Positions 1-9,770 of a stretch of 64,000 nt of DNA are shown here, piece after piece. A program made the translations under genes and the position numbers. Positions within the stretch are counted from its first letter, which is position 1; every line of letters starts with the position of its first letter. The notes below the pieces were generated by a model. The model did not search any database, was not told the origin of the DNA, and worked only from the letters and a program-made list of their open reading frames with translations. Origin of the DNA: Candidatus Cloacimonadales bacterium. GTDB lineage: Bacteria; Cloacimonadota; Cloacimonadia; Cloacimonadales; JAIOQZ01. The stretch spans positions 1,536,001-1,600,000 of the forward strand of contig CAXXTU010000002.1 in assembly GCA_963662655.2 (NCBI GenBank), read 5' to 3'.

Positions 1-981
1 TCTTTTTACAAAGGGGAAACCATCATTCGCCAGGATGAAGTTTCTGCGGATTTATTCCTGATCTTAAACGGACGGGTTCAAATCAGTAAAATCCTTCCTG
101 ACGGCGAACGCGTAGAATTGATACAAAAAGGCCCCAACGAATTCATCGGCGAGATCGGCCTGCTCCTTACATCGAGTCGGTCGGCAACCGTTACCTGCCT
201 TACCGATGTACGAATTGTCCAGATAACCCCCGCATCATTCTCACAGATTCTGAAGAAAATTCCCACGATTCGCAAGAACGTCCTGAAGAATATTATCGAG
301 ATCGTCTTCGACGACGACCAGAGAGTGGTGAACGAGATTATCAAAGGAAATCTGCTGGCCGAGATGTTCAACGCGATCAGCGACCAGACAAAACGCCTGG
401 AATCCCTGAATCGCCAGCTCAAGGATGTCAATTCCGAGCTCGAGAAGAAGAACAAGAAGCTCTACGAACTCGCCACGTACGATTACCTTACAAAACTGTA
501 CAACCGAGCGTTCGTGATGGATATGTTCTCGAAGGAATTCAGCAAATCGAAGCGCCACGGGCATGAACTCGCCTGTCTGCTCCTGGATATCGACAACTTC
601 AAGAAAATCAACGACACCTACGGACATCTCACCGGCGACGTCGTTCTCAGGCAGATCGGACTGCGTTTGAAGGCCGACATCCGCGAACAAGATATCGTGG
701 GGCGATACGGCGGTGAAGAATTTCTGATCGTCCTCCCCAACACAAATCTGGAGCAGGCTTTGTTCGTGGCGGAAAAGGTCCGCAAGAAAATTGAGGACCT
801 CGAAATCCGCTCGAATAACAAAATGATCAAGACATCGGTGAGTATCGGCGTATCCGATATCAATCACAATGGCCCCGATAAAGTCGACGATCTGTTGTAT
901 CAGGCCGATACTGCCCTCTACCGCGCGAAAAGGAAAGGCAAGAACAGGACAGTGCCTTTCCAGCCAGAACCGAACGCCTGA
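1..981 (+). CDS. cNMP-binding domain + GGDEF diguanylate cyclase (5' end outside window)
   Basis: Frame open from base 1 (SFYKGETIIRQDE...GEIGLL...RSATV = cNMP-binding pattern), coiled coil, then DIDNFKKINDTYGH and RYGGEEF with an RxxD (REQD) I-site. Confidence 0.9.
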   Translation, partial: SFYKGETIIRQDEVSADLFLILNGRVQISKILPDGERVELIQKGPNEFIGEIGLLLTSSRSATVTCLTDVRIVQITPASFSQILKKIPTIRKNVLKNIIEIVFDDDQRVVNEIIKGNLLAEMFNAISDQTKRLESLNRQLKDVNSELEKKNKKLYELATYDYLTKLYNRAFVMDMFSKEFSKSKRHGHELACLLLDIDNFKKINDTYGHLTGDVVLRQIGLRLKADIREQDIVGRYGGEEFLIVLPNTNLEQALFVAEKVRKKIEDLEIRSNNKMIKTSVSIGVSDINHNGPDKVDDLLYQADTALYRAKRKGKNRTVPFQPEPNA

Positions 982-993
982 GCCACGACCACT

Positions 994-2244
994 ATGCTGA
1001 GCGAACAAGAGAAGCTGGATGCCCTGCTGCGGCTCGGAACCGAGCTGAATCAAGTCAACGACCTTGATATCCTGCTCGAACACCTTCTGACAGTTGCCCG
1101 ACGTTTCGTCAACGCGGACGCCGGATCGTTCTACTTGCGAAAAGACGATAAATTTTACTTCCATCTATTGCAAAACGACACGATGGACAACGCATCGGAC
1201 GACCAGCGTATTCCCCTCCCGGGCAACATCTTCCGCAGCCCCGTGAAAGACGATAGCATCGCGGGGTACGTGGCGAAAACCGGAGAATTTCTCAATATCG
1301 TCGATGTCCATGAGATACCGGACGGCGCGCCGTACCGGTTCAATAAGAACTATGATATGCAATCGGGCTATCGCACCTGCTCCATGCTCACGATTCCCCT
1401 GAACAACAAGCGCGGAATCCCCCTTGGAATCCTGCAGATCATCAACGCCAAGGACAGATCGGGAAACATCGTTCAGTTCGTTGAAAAAGACGAAAAGATG
1501 ATGTTCCATTTCGCAAGCATCGCGGCTATCGCTCTCGAACGCGCCCAGATGACCCGTACGCTGCTCCTGCGGATGATCCGAATGGCCGAGCTCCGCGATC
1601 CCAAAGAGACCGGCGCGCACGTCAACCGCGTGGGGAGCTTCTCGGTGGCGCTGTACCAGAAATGGGCAGAGAAGCACGACATCCCGCAAGAGGAGATCGA
1701 GCGCTGGCGGGATATTCTCCGCATGGCCGCCATGCTGCACGACGCGGGGAAAGTCGGCATCTCCGATTCCATCCTGAAGAAACCGGGACGCCTGACGGAC
1801 GACGAACGCATGATCATGAACCAACACGCGCTCTTCGGGGCACAGCTCTTCAACGACATGCAATCCGATTTCGACGAGATCGCCTGCCAGGTGGCGATCA
1901 ACCACCACGAAAATTGGGACGGTACCGGCTATCCTGGGCATATCGATTCCGCCACGGGCGAACCACTCGACGGATACCGCAAGCCGGATGGATCGGCACG
2001 GGGAAAAATCGGTGATGAGACACCCATCTTCGGGAGAATCGTCAAGCTCGCCGACGTTTTCGACGCGCTTTCGAGTCAGAGGTGCTACAAACCTGCCTGG
2101 GACGAGGAAAAGGTGCTGCGCATCATTCAGGAGGATTCCGGAACTGCCTTCGATCCCGAGCTCGTGGAAATATTCATGGAAAATCTGGACACGATTCGAT
2201 TGATTCAGCAACGCTACAAGGACGAGAGTCAGGACGAAGTATGA
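994..2244 (+). CDS. GAF + HD-GYP c-di-GMP phosphodiesterase
   Basis: N-terminal GAF (SIAGYVA...YRTCSMLTIPL), ETGAHVNRV, LHDAGK, HHENWDGTGYP, ADVFDAL. Confidence 0.92.
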   Translation: MLSEQEKLDALLRLGTELNQVNDLDILLEHLLTVARRFVNADAGSFYLRKDDKFYFHLLQNDTMDNASDDQRIPLPGNIFRSPVKDDSIAGYVAKTGEFLNIVDVHEIPDGAPYRFNKNYDMQSGYRTCSMLTIPLNNKRGIPLGILQIINAKDRSGNIVQFVEKDEKMMFHFASIAAIALERAQMTRTLLLRMIRMAELRDPKETGAHVNRVGSFSVALYQKWAEKHDIPQEEIERWRDILRMAAMLHDAGKVGISDSILKKPGRLTDDERMIMNQHALFGAQLFNDMQSDFDEIACQVAINHHENWDGTGYPGHIDSATGEPLDGYRKPDGSARGKIGDETPIFGRIVKLADVFDALSSQRCYKPAWDEEKVLRIIQEDSGTAFDPELVEIFMENLDTIRLIQQRYKDESQDEV

Positions 2245-2657
2245 GAAAAACAGGGATGCTGCTGATATTGGTATTCGCATTTTGCTTGCTGCTTTCGGAC
2301 TTCGAGGAGGATATCCGGCAGGGAAGGATTTACTTCGCCAAGGGGTACTACAGAGAGGCGCTGGCAATCGCTGAGCAAGTCGTGGAAAAGTATCCGTACA
2401 ACGCGAAGGGATACCATCTTCTGGGGGACGCCTGGTTCAAGATCGGCAAGAAGAAGCCGGCGATGGAAGCGTTCCTTAACGCCGTGAAATACGATCCCGA
2501 GGACGCGGAAGCCTATCTGAAAATCGGCGGACTGTATTACCTCAATCAGGATATCGACAAGGCGGTCGAGTACGTCAAGAAGGCGGCGGACCTGGGCGAT
2601 AAACGGGCCATTAACGTATTGAAGCAATACGAGGAACATAAAAAACAGAATCCTTGA
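2241..2657 (+). CDS. Exported TPR protein
   Basis: ATG 2241 overlaps the upstream stop (ATGA); hydrophobic N-terminus; TPR-like helices. Confidence 0.8.
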   Translation: MRKTGMLLILVFAFCLLLSDFEEDIRQGRIYFAKGYYREALAIAEQVVEKYPYNAKGYHLLGDAWFKIGKKKPAMEAFLNAVKYDPEDAEAYLKIGGLYYLNQDIDKAVEYVKKAADLGDKRAINVLKQYEEHKKQNP

Positions 2658-2732
2658 TTTTCATGGATGACCGGCAGCCTTTTTTTTACATTGCGATCAA
2701 GATATAAAAGATATAATGAAAGAAACACAAGC

Positions 2733-3899
2733 ATGAAGATAACGGTTAAGAAATTCGGGGGAACATCGGTCGGGACGATCGAGCGCATCAAGCACGTCGC
2801 GCAGCTCATCGCGTCCGATCACGAGCAGATGCCGTACACCGTTGTCGTCGTTTCCGCGATGGGTAAGACAACCGATGAGTTGCTCGATCTCGCGTACCAG
2901 ATTTCCGACCGGCCTTCGGAACGAGAGATGGATATGCTGCTCACTGCGGGGGAACGCATCAGCATGTCCCTGCTTTCCCTGGCGCTCCACAAGCATGGCG
3001 TGGAATCGATCTCTTTCACGGGCTCCCAGAGCGGCATTATCACCGATACCAGGCATGGAAACGCACGCATCCTGAACGTTAGCGCCTATCGTCTCTGGGA
3101 CGAGCTCGAAAAGCAAAAGGTTGTCATCGTGGCCGGCTTCCAGGGCGTGAGTACGATGAAGGAAATCACCACGCTCGGGCGCGGAGGATCGGATACCTCG
3201 GCGGTGGCGATTGCCTCGTATCTGGACGCGTATTCCTGCGAAATCTATACGGATGTTCCCGGGATATTCACCGCAGACCCGAACAAGGTCGCCGGCGCGT
3301 TCAAGATCGACGAGATCGATTTCGAGACAGCGCTCGTCCTCGCATACAACGGATGCTCGGTGATACATCCGCGAGCAGTCGAGTATGCGATGGACTATGG
3401 GAAAACCATCGAGATCAAATCGTCGATGACCAACGAGCCCGGCACGCTCATAAAAAAGGATTGTTTGATGGAAGAAAGAAAAATCACGGCGATCACGACA
3501 CGCAATTCGTTATGCTTTGTACGGTTAAGCATGGTTAATAAAGACAGCGGCGCGCTCTTCCGGGAGTTGGCGAACGAGGGAATCGATATTTTTAACTATG
3601 CAATAGAAGGTTCGGACATTATACTATTATACGTTGAGAAGATGAGTGTGTCCAAAGTAATCGATATCGCTCGACGGTTCGATGTGACCCCTATTGTGAA
3701 AGATAATGTTTCTGCGATCACAATGGCCGGAAAGCACATCTGGAACGAGATGAAGCTGCTGAGCGAACTCATGACCGTCATGGATAAATACGGCGATTAT
3801 CGCATGGTACATTCCTATCGATCCATCACATTGTTTGTCGACCAGAATCTGGAAGAGAAAATTGTTTCGGTACTTCATGCAAAGTACATTACAAATTAG
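2733..3899 (+). CDS. lysC: Aspartate kinase
   Basis: VKKFGGTSV, VVVSAMG, VAGFQG, TTLGRGGSDTSA, YTDVPG; ACT-like C-terminal region. Confidence 0.93.
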   Translation: MKITVKKFGGTSVGTIERIKHVAQLIASDHEQMPYTVVVVSAMGKTTDELLDLAYQISDRPSEREMDMLLTAGERISMSLLSLALHKHGVESISFTGSQSGIITDTRHGNARILNVSAYRLWDELEKQKVVIVAGFQGVSTMKEITTLGRGGSDTSAVAIASYLDAYSCEIYTDVPGIFTADPNKVAGAFKIDEIDFETALVLAYNGCSVIHPRAVEYAMDYGKTIEIKSSMTNEPGTLIKKDCLMEERKITAITTRNSLCFVRLSMVNKDSGALFRELANEGIDIFNYAIEGSDIILLYVEKMSVSKVIDIARRFDVTPIVKDNVSAITMAGKHIWNEMKLLSELMTVMDKYGDYRMVHSYRSITLFVDQNLEEKIVSVLHAKYITN

Positions 3900-3934
3900 C
3901 GTCATCAATCGATGCGTGTTGAAGGGAAACGCCC

Positions 3935-4309
3935 ATGAATGCTATAGCTACTGTCTTACTTGAGGAAGATGACACGACGTTGGCCGATCTGGCCAAGGAG
4001 ATGCTCGCAATGTTCAATATCAGCGTCATTATCGCTGAGACATTGGAAGATGCCGTCGAAACCTACTCCGGGAACTATCAGGAAATCCGTCTCGTTATAT
4101 TCGATATGAATCTCGATAAGTCAACCGGCATTGAAGTATTCGAAGAACTGAAGAAAATCAATAGCGATTTCATCTCGATTCTTGCTTCCGGCATGATAAC
4201 GGACATGGACATCAAGAAGTACAAGAATATGGGATTCAACGAAATCATCAAGAAACCGTACAGCTTCAAGAATCTGAAGGAAATTATTACCGGCTATATA
4301 GGCAACTGA
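3935..4309 (+). CDS. Single-domain response regulator (receiver)
   Basis: EEDD, LVIFD, LASG, IKKPY receiver motifs. Confidence 0.82.
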   Translation: MNAIATVLLEEDDTTLADLAKEMLAMFNISVIIAETLEDAVETYSGNYQEIRLVIFDMNLDKSTGIEVFEELKKINSDFISILASGMITDMDIKKYKNMGFNEIIKKPYSFKNLKEIITGYIGN

Positions 4310-4351
4310 CTTGCAATCTCTTACTTGAATGAAGATTTCTGAAGCGATCTC

Positions 4352-4780
4352 TCAGACCAGTTTAATGCGTTCTGCCTTATCAGAGCCGATGGGCATGTAC
4401 TCATACGTATCGATCAACAACTCGACCAGCGCGAAATTCTTATCACCGGAATCCGGAAAATACTTCGAGAACACAGGTATCATCTTCAATACCTTCTCTT
4501 TCAGGGAAATCTCATCGCAAAGTGAAGCCTTCCCCTTCCCTCGTACATATCCCGAAGCGTAATTTCCTTTGAGCATCAGGCAAAACTCGATGCGCGGATT
4601 CGCCTTGATCTGCCCCATCTTAGCGTCGCTGTGAAAGGTGGCGAAAAAGAATCGGTTGTTGATTCTCAAGAGCATCACGGGGCGCACACGGGGTGAATCG
4701 CCCTCAATCGTGGCCAGGGAGACCTGCTGAATTTCTTTGAAGTGAGCGAGAATCGTGTTGAGCAGCTTCCGGGGCATCAT
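4352..4780 (-). CDS. Pyridoxamine 5'-phosphate oxidase-like FMN-binding protein
   Basis: SLAT..PRVRPV, K..QIKANPRIEF pattern. Confidence 0.8.
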   Translation of the reverse strand: MMPRKLLNTILAHFKEIQQVSLATIEGDSPRVRPVMLLRINNRFFFATFHSDAKMGQIKANPRIEFCLMLKGNYASGYVRGKGKASLCDEISLKEKVLKMIPVFSKYFPDSGDKNFALVELLIDTYEYMPIGSDKAERIKLV

Positions 4781-6225
4781 CCTTCCCCGGGTTCTTCGAC
4801 TTCCGCTGCGGTTCTCACCTGATTTCTTCCGCTCTGCTTTCCGCGATACAATGCTTGATCCGCCTTCTTGAGGCAGGCGTCGATCTTCATACCCTGGTTG
4901 TACTCACAGAGGCCCAGCGTCATCGTTACCTTGATGACCTGCTGCTGGAACTCGAATCGGTGCTCCGCAATCGATTGACGAACCTTCTCCGTAGCGATGA
5001 CGCCGCCTTCGAGCGGCGTATCCGGGAAGAACAGCAGGAACTCCTCGCCACCCCACCGGGCAACGATATCCTGCTTGCGCAACATCGATGTCATGAGCTT
5101 CGATATCTCCACCAGAACGTAGTCGCCGGCGTCATGGCCGTAGGTGTCATTGATGGACTTGAAATGGTCGATATCCGAGATGCACAGCACGAATGAATTG
5201 CCCGAGCGATCGCAACGCCGCTGCTCGTACTCGATTTTCTCCATCATATCGCGGCGGTTAGAAAGCTGCGTGAGGGGATCGGTTCTGGCAAGCTGCTCGA
5301 GCTTTTCGTATGCCTTGAGGAGCTCCTCGTTCTTGAGGCTGATCTCGATGTTGGCATTGCGCAAATCACGCAGCGCCTGGTTCTTGAAGCGATACATGTT
5401 CAGCAAGACGAAGAAGAGGATCAATATCAAGCCTATGATGACGATGAAGAGGAACAACATGTTTTTCTGGCGGGAGAGCTCCATCTCCTTGAGCTGGGCA
5501 TCTTCCATCAGGTATTTGATAGCCTTGTCCTTCTCTTCCTTCTCCACCATGATCATGGCCATCTCTTTCTTCTTGCGCTCCGCTTGCTTCTGCAGGCTGT
5601 CCGTCTTCACCTCGATCTGCTTGATCTTGTAGTCGTAGGTCTCCTTGAGGACATCCATCTTCTCCTGGCTGACCTTCGCGAGGATTGTGTCGTTGAGGGC
5701 TTTCTCGAGAGCGAGTGAATCATTCTTCTGCGCAGCGCGCTTCGCCTCGGCTTTGATCGCCGCTTCTTCCGCTACCAGGCTCAGGCGCTTCATCTCCAGC
5801 GCGAGCTCGTCCTGACCCGACCCAGAGTAGATGATGGAAAGGTATTTATAGATGACCGCTTCCTGCTCGTACGCCTCAAACTCATTCGCCATTTTCTGCG
5901 CGAGCTTGACATTCGTAATCGCTTTATCGGTATCCCCTTTGTAATAGTAGGCCAATCCCATATTGACATACGCGTTGATCTCGCCCTCGGGACTCTCCAT
6001 CTTGCGGGATAGCGTCAGCGCTTGCTCAGAGAGCATGATCGCCTTGGCGGGATCGCTCTGCAGATAGACATCGGACATATCGATGATCTTGTTGATTCGA
6101 TCATGATTCGATGTCAAACGATGCTTGCCAAGCAAATTTTCTATCGTATCCTGCGCGAGAATCAAAGTGGCTGTTAGAAGAAAAAACACAAAAAGACATA
6201 TCTTGAACGGATTCATTACTCCCAA
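4777..6225 (-). CDS. Membrane-anchored TPR + GGDEF diguanylate cyclase (start uncertain, 6225 or 6216)
   Basis: Signal peptide, TPR, coiled coil, one TM helix, TDPLT, DIDHFKSINDTYGH, RWGGEEF, RKQD I-site. Confidence 0.9.
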   Translation of the reverse strand: MGVMNPFKICLFVFFLLTATLILAQDTIENLLGKHRLTSNHDRINKIIDMSDVYLQSDPAKAIMLSEQALTLSRKMESPEGEINAYVNMGLAYYYKGDTDKAITNVKLAQKMANEFEAYEQEAVIYKYLSIIYSGSGQDELALEMKRLSLVAEEAAIKAEAKRAAQKNDSLALEKALNDTILAKVSQEKMDVLKETYDYKIKQIEVKTDSLQKQAERKKKEMAMIMVEKEEKDKAIKYLMEDAQLKEMELSRQKNMLFLFIVIIGLILILFFVLLNMYRFKNQALRDLRNANIEISLKNEELLKAYEKLEQLARTDPLTQLSNRRDMMEKIEYEQRRCDRSGNSFVLCISDIDHFKSINDTYGHDAGDYVLVEISKLMTSMLRKQDIVARWGGEEFLLFFPDTPLEGGVIATEKVRQSIAEHRFEFQQQVIKVTMTLGLCEYNQGMKIDACLKKADQALYRGKQSGRNQVRTAAEVEEPGEG

Positions 6226-6450
6226 CTCTCATTTTGCTATTTTAAATTTGTAAGTGATTTCAATCGATGTCAAGACATTTCCTGTGATTAATTCCTTGCG
6301 TCGGGATTGGGAATAATGAACGTTTGGGGATTGTTTCATCTTAATGGCTCGCTCGCCTGCCAATAAACACCCATAATTGAATACAACTCATAAAATACGA
6401 AGTTTCCTCCGAATGCAGATCAAATCACGCACAAACGCTATTCTCTTGAA

Positions 6451-7227
6451 CTACCGATTCGATTTCACAGCATCGAAAGCAGCGCTGCGAACCCAGCCGC
6501 CAAGGCCGTTACGGAGCTTGATCTGGCTCCATTCCGCTTCCTTCTTCATAATCTGGAACACATGGCCTTCATGAATGGTGAATACGCGCGTGTACTCCTG
6601 CCCAGGACCGCTGTAGCCAATGGCTGTATCCGCGAGCAGAACAGCTTCGTTATTGTCCTGATAGTGACGCCACCGCGCCCAGCCGAAGATGCCGACAATA
6701 ATGAGCAGAACCATCGCGATCGTGAAGAAGAACAAGGGGACGCTCTTCTCGCGTCCACGATAGAAGACGATCATGATCACGACGATGAGCACGACAACCG
6801 CGAGCAGCGCGACAACGATGATCGCGAGCGCGTTCAGGCTTATCAGTCGGTTGATTTTCCCCAGCATACCGGAGACGACATCCTCTTGCTCGGGATTCTG
6901 TTTATCCTGGATCTGTGTCAGGGCAAAATTCAGGCTGTTTTGAGCGCGAGCGTGAGAGGGATCGATGCGAAGCGCGCGCTTGTAGTTGAGAATCGCGTCG
7001 CCCAGATCGTCCAGGCGGTAGTAGCAATTTCCGATATTGTAGTAGATGTCGGCGTTTTCTATATGCTTGAATACCAGCGAAGAGAACTGCTCCAGCGCGG
7101 TTTGATAGTCTCCCGCCTCATACGCCTTCACACCTTCGTTGAACGTGCTTTCAGAGTCTTGCGCGAAGAGACCGCCGATCAAGATCATCATGATTGCAGT
7201 GAGTAACAGGTTTCCGGTTTTCATCAT
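6451..7227 (-). CDS. batE: BatE-like TPR/SH3 membrane protein
   Basis: TPR (YYNIGNCYY), two TM helices, C-terminal SH3b (WSQIKL.NG..GWV); last gene of bat operon. Confidence 0.8.
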   Translation of the reverse strand: MMKTGNLLLTAIMMILIGGLFAQDSESTFNEGVKAYEAGDYQTALEQFSSLVFKHIENADIYYNIGNCYYRLDDLGDAILNYKRALRIDPSHARAQNSLNFALTQIQDKQNPEQEDVVSGMLGKINRLISLNALAIIVVALLAVVVLIVVIMIVFYRGREKSVPLFFFTIAMVLLIIVGIFGWARWRHYQDNNEAVLLADTAIGYSGPGQEYTRVFTIHEGHVFQIMKKEAEWSQIKLRNGLGGWVRSAAFDAVKSNR

Positions 7228-9002
7228 TTCCACCTCATCTTCGAAAGTTCGCCCACCAGCGATTTCAGCGTCTGGAAATCCTCACGGATATTGTCAGTGG
7301 AGAATCCACCCGGCATGAAACGTGCCTGGTTGCACCGATCGAAGAACGTCTTGAGTCGCTGCAACGCTGCTTGCTCGATGGCTTTCTTCTCCAGCCCCGA
7401 GAAAAGCATCTCGGAGGTGCTGCCTCGCGGCAGACGAAGCTTGTCTGCCAGGTAGTTGGAGAGACCCGTCTGTGCCGAGGCGTAGAACTCAATCTTTCCT
7501 ACTTCGCTCGATGCCTGCTTGAGGTATCTGCGGAGAATCGATTGCGCCTTCCGCTGCCGCACGTAATCCAGATTTCCAGCGAGCTTCTCGCGCTCCCTGG
7601 CGTATATGGAAGCCCCGGGCATGAGCAGAAGCACGATAACCCATAAAAACCAGTAGAGGGGCTTGGAGAATGTGGGAACATACGGCTTCACGTTGGTGTC
7701 CCGCACGATGAAATCGATATCCATGCCCTCCATTTCCACGGCAGACTGCGCGACGCCCGGCGTACGAGTGATATAGCCAGGCATGTTCTCGCCCGGCGCA
7801 ACATGCAGCGTGTAAGCCGTCGTCTTGCTGGTGACATACTTCTCTTTCTGCGGATCGAAGTAACTCAGCTCGACGGCTGGAATGGTGAATGAACCTTCTT
7901 CCTGCGCGATTCCCGGATATTTCGCGGTCTTGCTGTTACCGGAAGACTGAATTTCCGGTGCGAGGAAGTGCAAGTGCTGCACCTCCGGCAACATCGGCAT
8001 CTCAAACTTCATGAAGTTGCCCTTGCCGGTGAGCTTCATCGTGTAGGTGAAGGAATCCCCCACCTTGAGCTCGTTCTTGTCGATTCGGCTCTGGATAGTG
8101 AAATTGCCAATGGCCCCGCTGAACGAATCCGGCCTCCCCTCCAGGGGCAGTTCTTTCACCGTGATTTTCCGCTCGGGGCCCTTGATCCGGTAGCTATTGG
8201 CCCGATCGAAATCGAAGAAATCCCGCGAGCGCTTGATGAGCTCGACGTTCATCTCCAGCCCGGGAATGGTCAGCGTACCCGATTCGTTGGGAACCAGCTC
8301 CACTTCCTGGAGCTTCATGCGATTGAATGCCTGCCCATCTTTGGTGACGCGATCGAACGCAACCTTGTTCGCGGTATAAATATCCTCTTTCCAAAAGCCC
8401 TTGAAATCGGGATTCCCGGCAAAGCTCATGTTCGAAACATTGTAGCGGGTAAACAGCATGTACGTGACGCGAATCGGCTCACCTTTATAGGCCTTGGGGT
8501 TCGAAATCTGCGTCTCGATGAACAGGTTGTCATCCAGCTTCTCGTCAGCCTGCGAATCCCGGTTCGCGTTGTTTCGGAATGGCGAACTAGCCTGTGGAGC
8601 GGGACGCGTACTTCCTTCCACCACGGTGATACCGATCGGCTTGGTGGTGAATACATCCTTCCGGTACTTCACCGAGATCGATGGGATGACGAAGTTACCC
8701 TTCTTGAGCGGTTGCAGCGTGAACGAATAGGTGTATGTCATGTTGGACGACATCTTGCCGTTGATCATGGTGTAGGACGACGAGGTGGACGTCGTCACGC
8801 CGAGGTTCTCCACGAAGTCCATCTTCGGGAGCTCCGGGCGATCGATCTTCTCGTTGCCGCTACTGGTCACCTCCACGGAGAGGGTGAACGTATCGCTCAA
8901 TCCCACCCGAGTACGGTCGACGTACGACTGAATTTCCACTGCGCTCAATAGTGGAGCCGCAATCATTGCCAGAACGATGAATAAAAACGCTATATGTCTC
9001 AC
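7224..9002 (-). CDS. batD: BatD family protein
   Basis: Signal peptide, repeated Ig-like BatD modules (SSSYTMING; FSGAIGNF), C-terminal TM; operon context. Confidence 0.85.
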   Translation of the reverse strand: MRHIAFLFIVLAMIAAPLLSAVEIQSYVDRTRVGLSDTFTLSVEVTSSGNEKIDRPELPKMDFVENLGVTTSTSSSYTMINGKMSSNMTYTYSFTLQPLKKGNFVIPSISVKYRKDVFTTKPIGITVVEGSTRPAPQASSPFRNNANRDSQADEKLDDNLFIETQISNPKAYKGEPIRVTYMLFTRYNVSNMSFAGNPDFKGFWKEDIYTANKVAFDRVTKDGQAFNRMKLQEVELVPNESGTLTIPGLEMNVELIKRSRDFFDFDRANSYRIKGPERKITVKELPLEGRPDSFSGAIGNFTIQSRIDKNELKVGDSFTYTMKLTGKGNFMKFEMPMLPEVQHLHFLAPEIQSSGNSKTAKYPGIAQEEGSFTIPAVELSYFDPQKEKYVTSKTTAYTLHVAPGENMPGYITRTPGVAQSAVEMEGMDIDFIVRDTNVKPYVPTFSKPLYWFLWVIVLLLMPGASIYAREREKLAGNLDYVRQRKAQSILRRYLKQASSEVGKIEFYASAQTGLSNYLADKLRLPRGSTSEMLFSGLEKKAIEQAALQRLKTFFDRCNQARFMPGGFSTDNIREDFQTLKSLVGELSKMRWK

Positions 9003-9017
9003 GAGAACATCTCCATT

Positions 9018-9770
9018 TTACCAGTACTTCCCTTTCTTCCGAGGTTCTCCCTGTTCTTTCTGTTTTTGTTTTTGCTGTTCTTCTTTTTCTTTTTCCAACA
9101 GGGCCTTCAGCAACTTCTCGGCGTCCTCTTTCTTCATTTCTTCTTTCGATTTCTGCATCTGCTGCTGCTCTTGCTGCTCTTCCTTTTTCTGATCCTGATT
9201 CTGTTGTTGTTGCTGTTGCTGCTGATCCTTTTTCTCGTCCTGTTTATCGCCCTGTTGCTGTTGCTGCTGATTCTCTTTATCCTGATCCTTGTTCTGATCG
9301 GAATTCTGCTGCTGTTGTTGTTGCTGTTGTTGCTGCTGCTGCATGTAACGGCGAGTCAGCTCGTAGTTGTACCTCGCGTCCGCGTTTTGCGGATTCTCCA
9401 CCACCGACTGCCAATAGTTCTGGAGCGCTTTGTCGTATTCCTGCTTCTGGAAATAGATATTCCCCAGATTCTGGTAGGAACGGGACGAATCGTCGAACTT
9501 CGGATCGCGCAGGGACATCATGTATTCCTGCTCCGCCTGCTCGACATCGCCGTTCTTGAAATACGCGTTCCCCAGATTGTAGTGCATCGCGCCGTCGTGG
9601 GGATTGTCAATCGCGTTTTCCTCGAAGCGAGCTTGCGCCTCTTCCAGATTTCCATCCTTGTAAGCGTTCACGCCCTTGAGGTTGGTCATGACCTTATCGT
9701 AGGTGAGGATTTCCGCTGAAAGCATCATTGAAGCCGCGAGAAGCACACAAGCTAAAACAATCTTTCTCAT
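9018..9770 (-). CDS. batC: BatC-like TPR protein with Q-rich tail
   Basis: TPR (YNLGNAYF, ARYNYEL), poly-Q/K/D linker, AEKLLKAL...KYW end typical of BatC. Confidence 0.82.
   Translation of the reverse strand: MRKIVLACVLLAASMMLSAEILTYDKVMTNLKGVNAYKDGNLEEAQARFEENAIDNPHDGAMHYNLGNAYFKNGDVEQAEQEYMMSLRDPKFDDSSRSYQNLGNIYFQKQEYDKALQNYWQSVVENPQNADARYNYELTRRYMQQQQQQQQQQQQNSDQNKDQDKENQQQQQQGDKQDEKKDQQQQQQQQNQDQKKEEQQEQQQMQKSKEEMKKEDAEKLLKALLEKEKEEQQKQKQKEQGEPRKKGKYW
9060..9345 (-). repeat. CAG/CAA low-complexity coding repeat (poly-Gln) in batC
   Basis: Runs of tgc/tgt triplets on the + strand translating to poly-Q tracts. Confidence 0.9.

Noticed and set aside
9060..9345. Poly-Gln triplet repeat as a phase-variation locus
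   Set aside because: Mixed CAG/CAA in-frame repeat; a Q-rich linker is normal for BatC-like proteins
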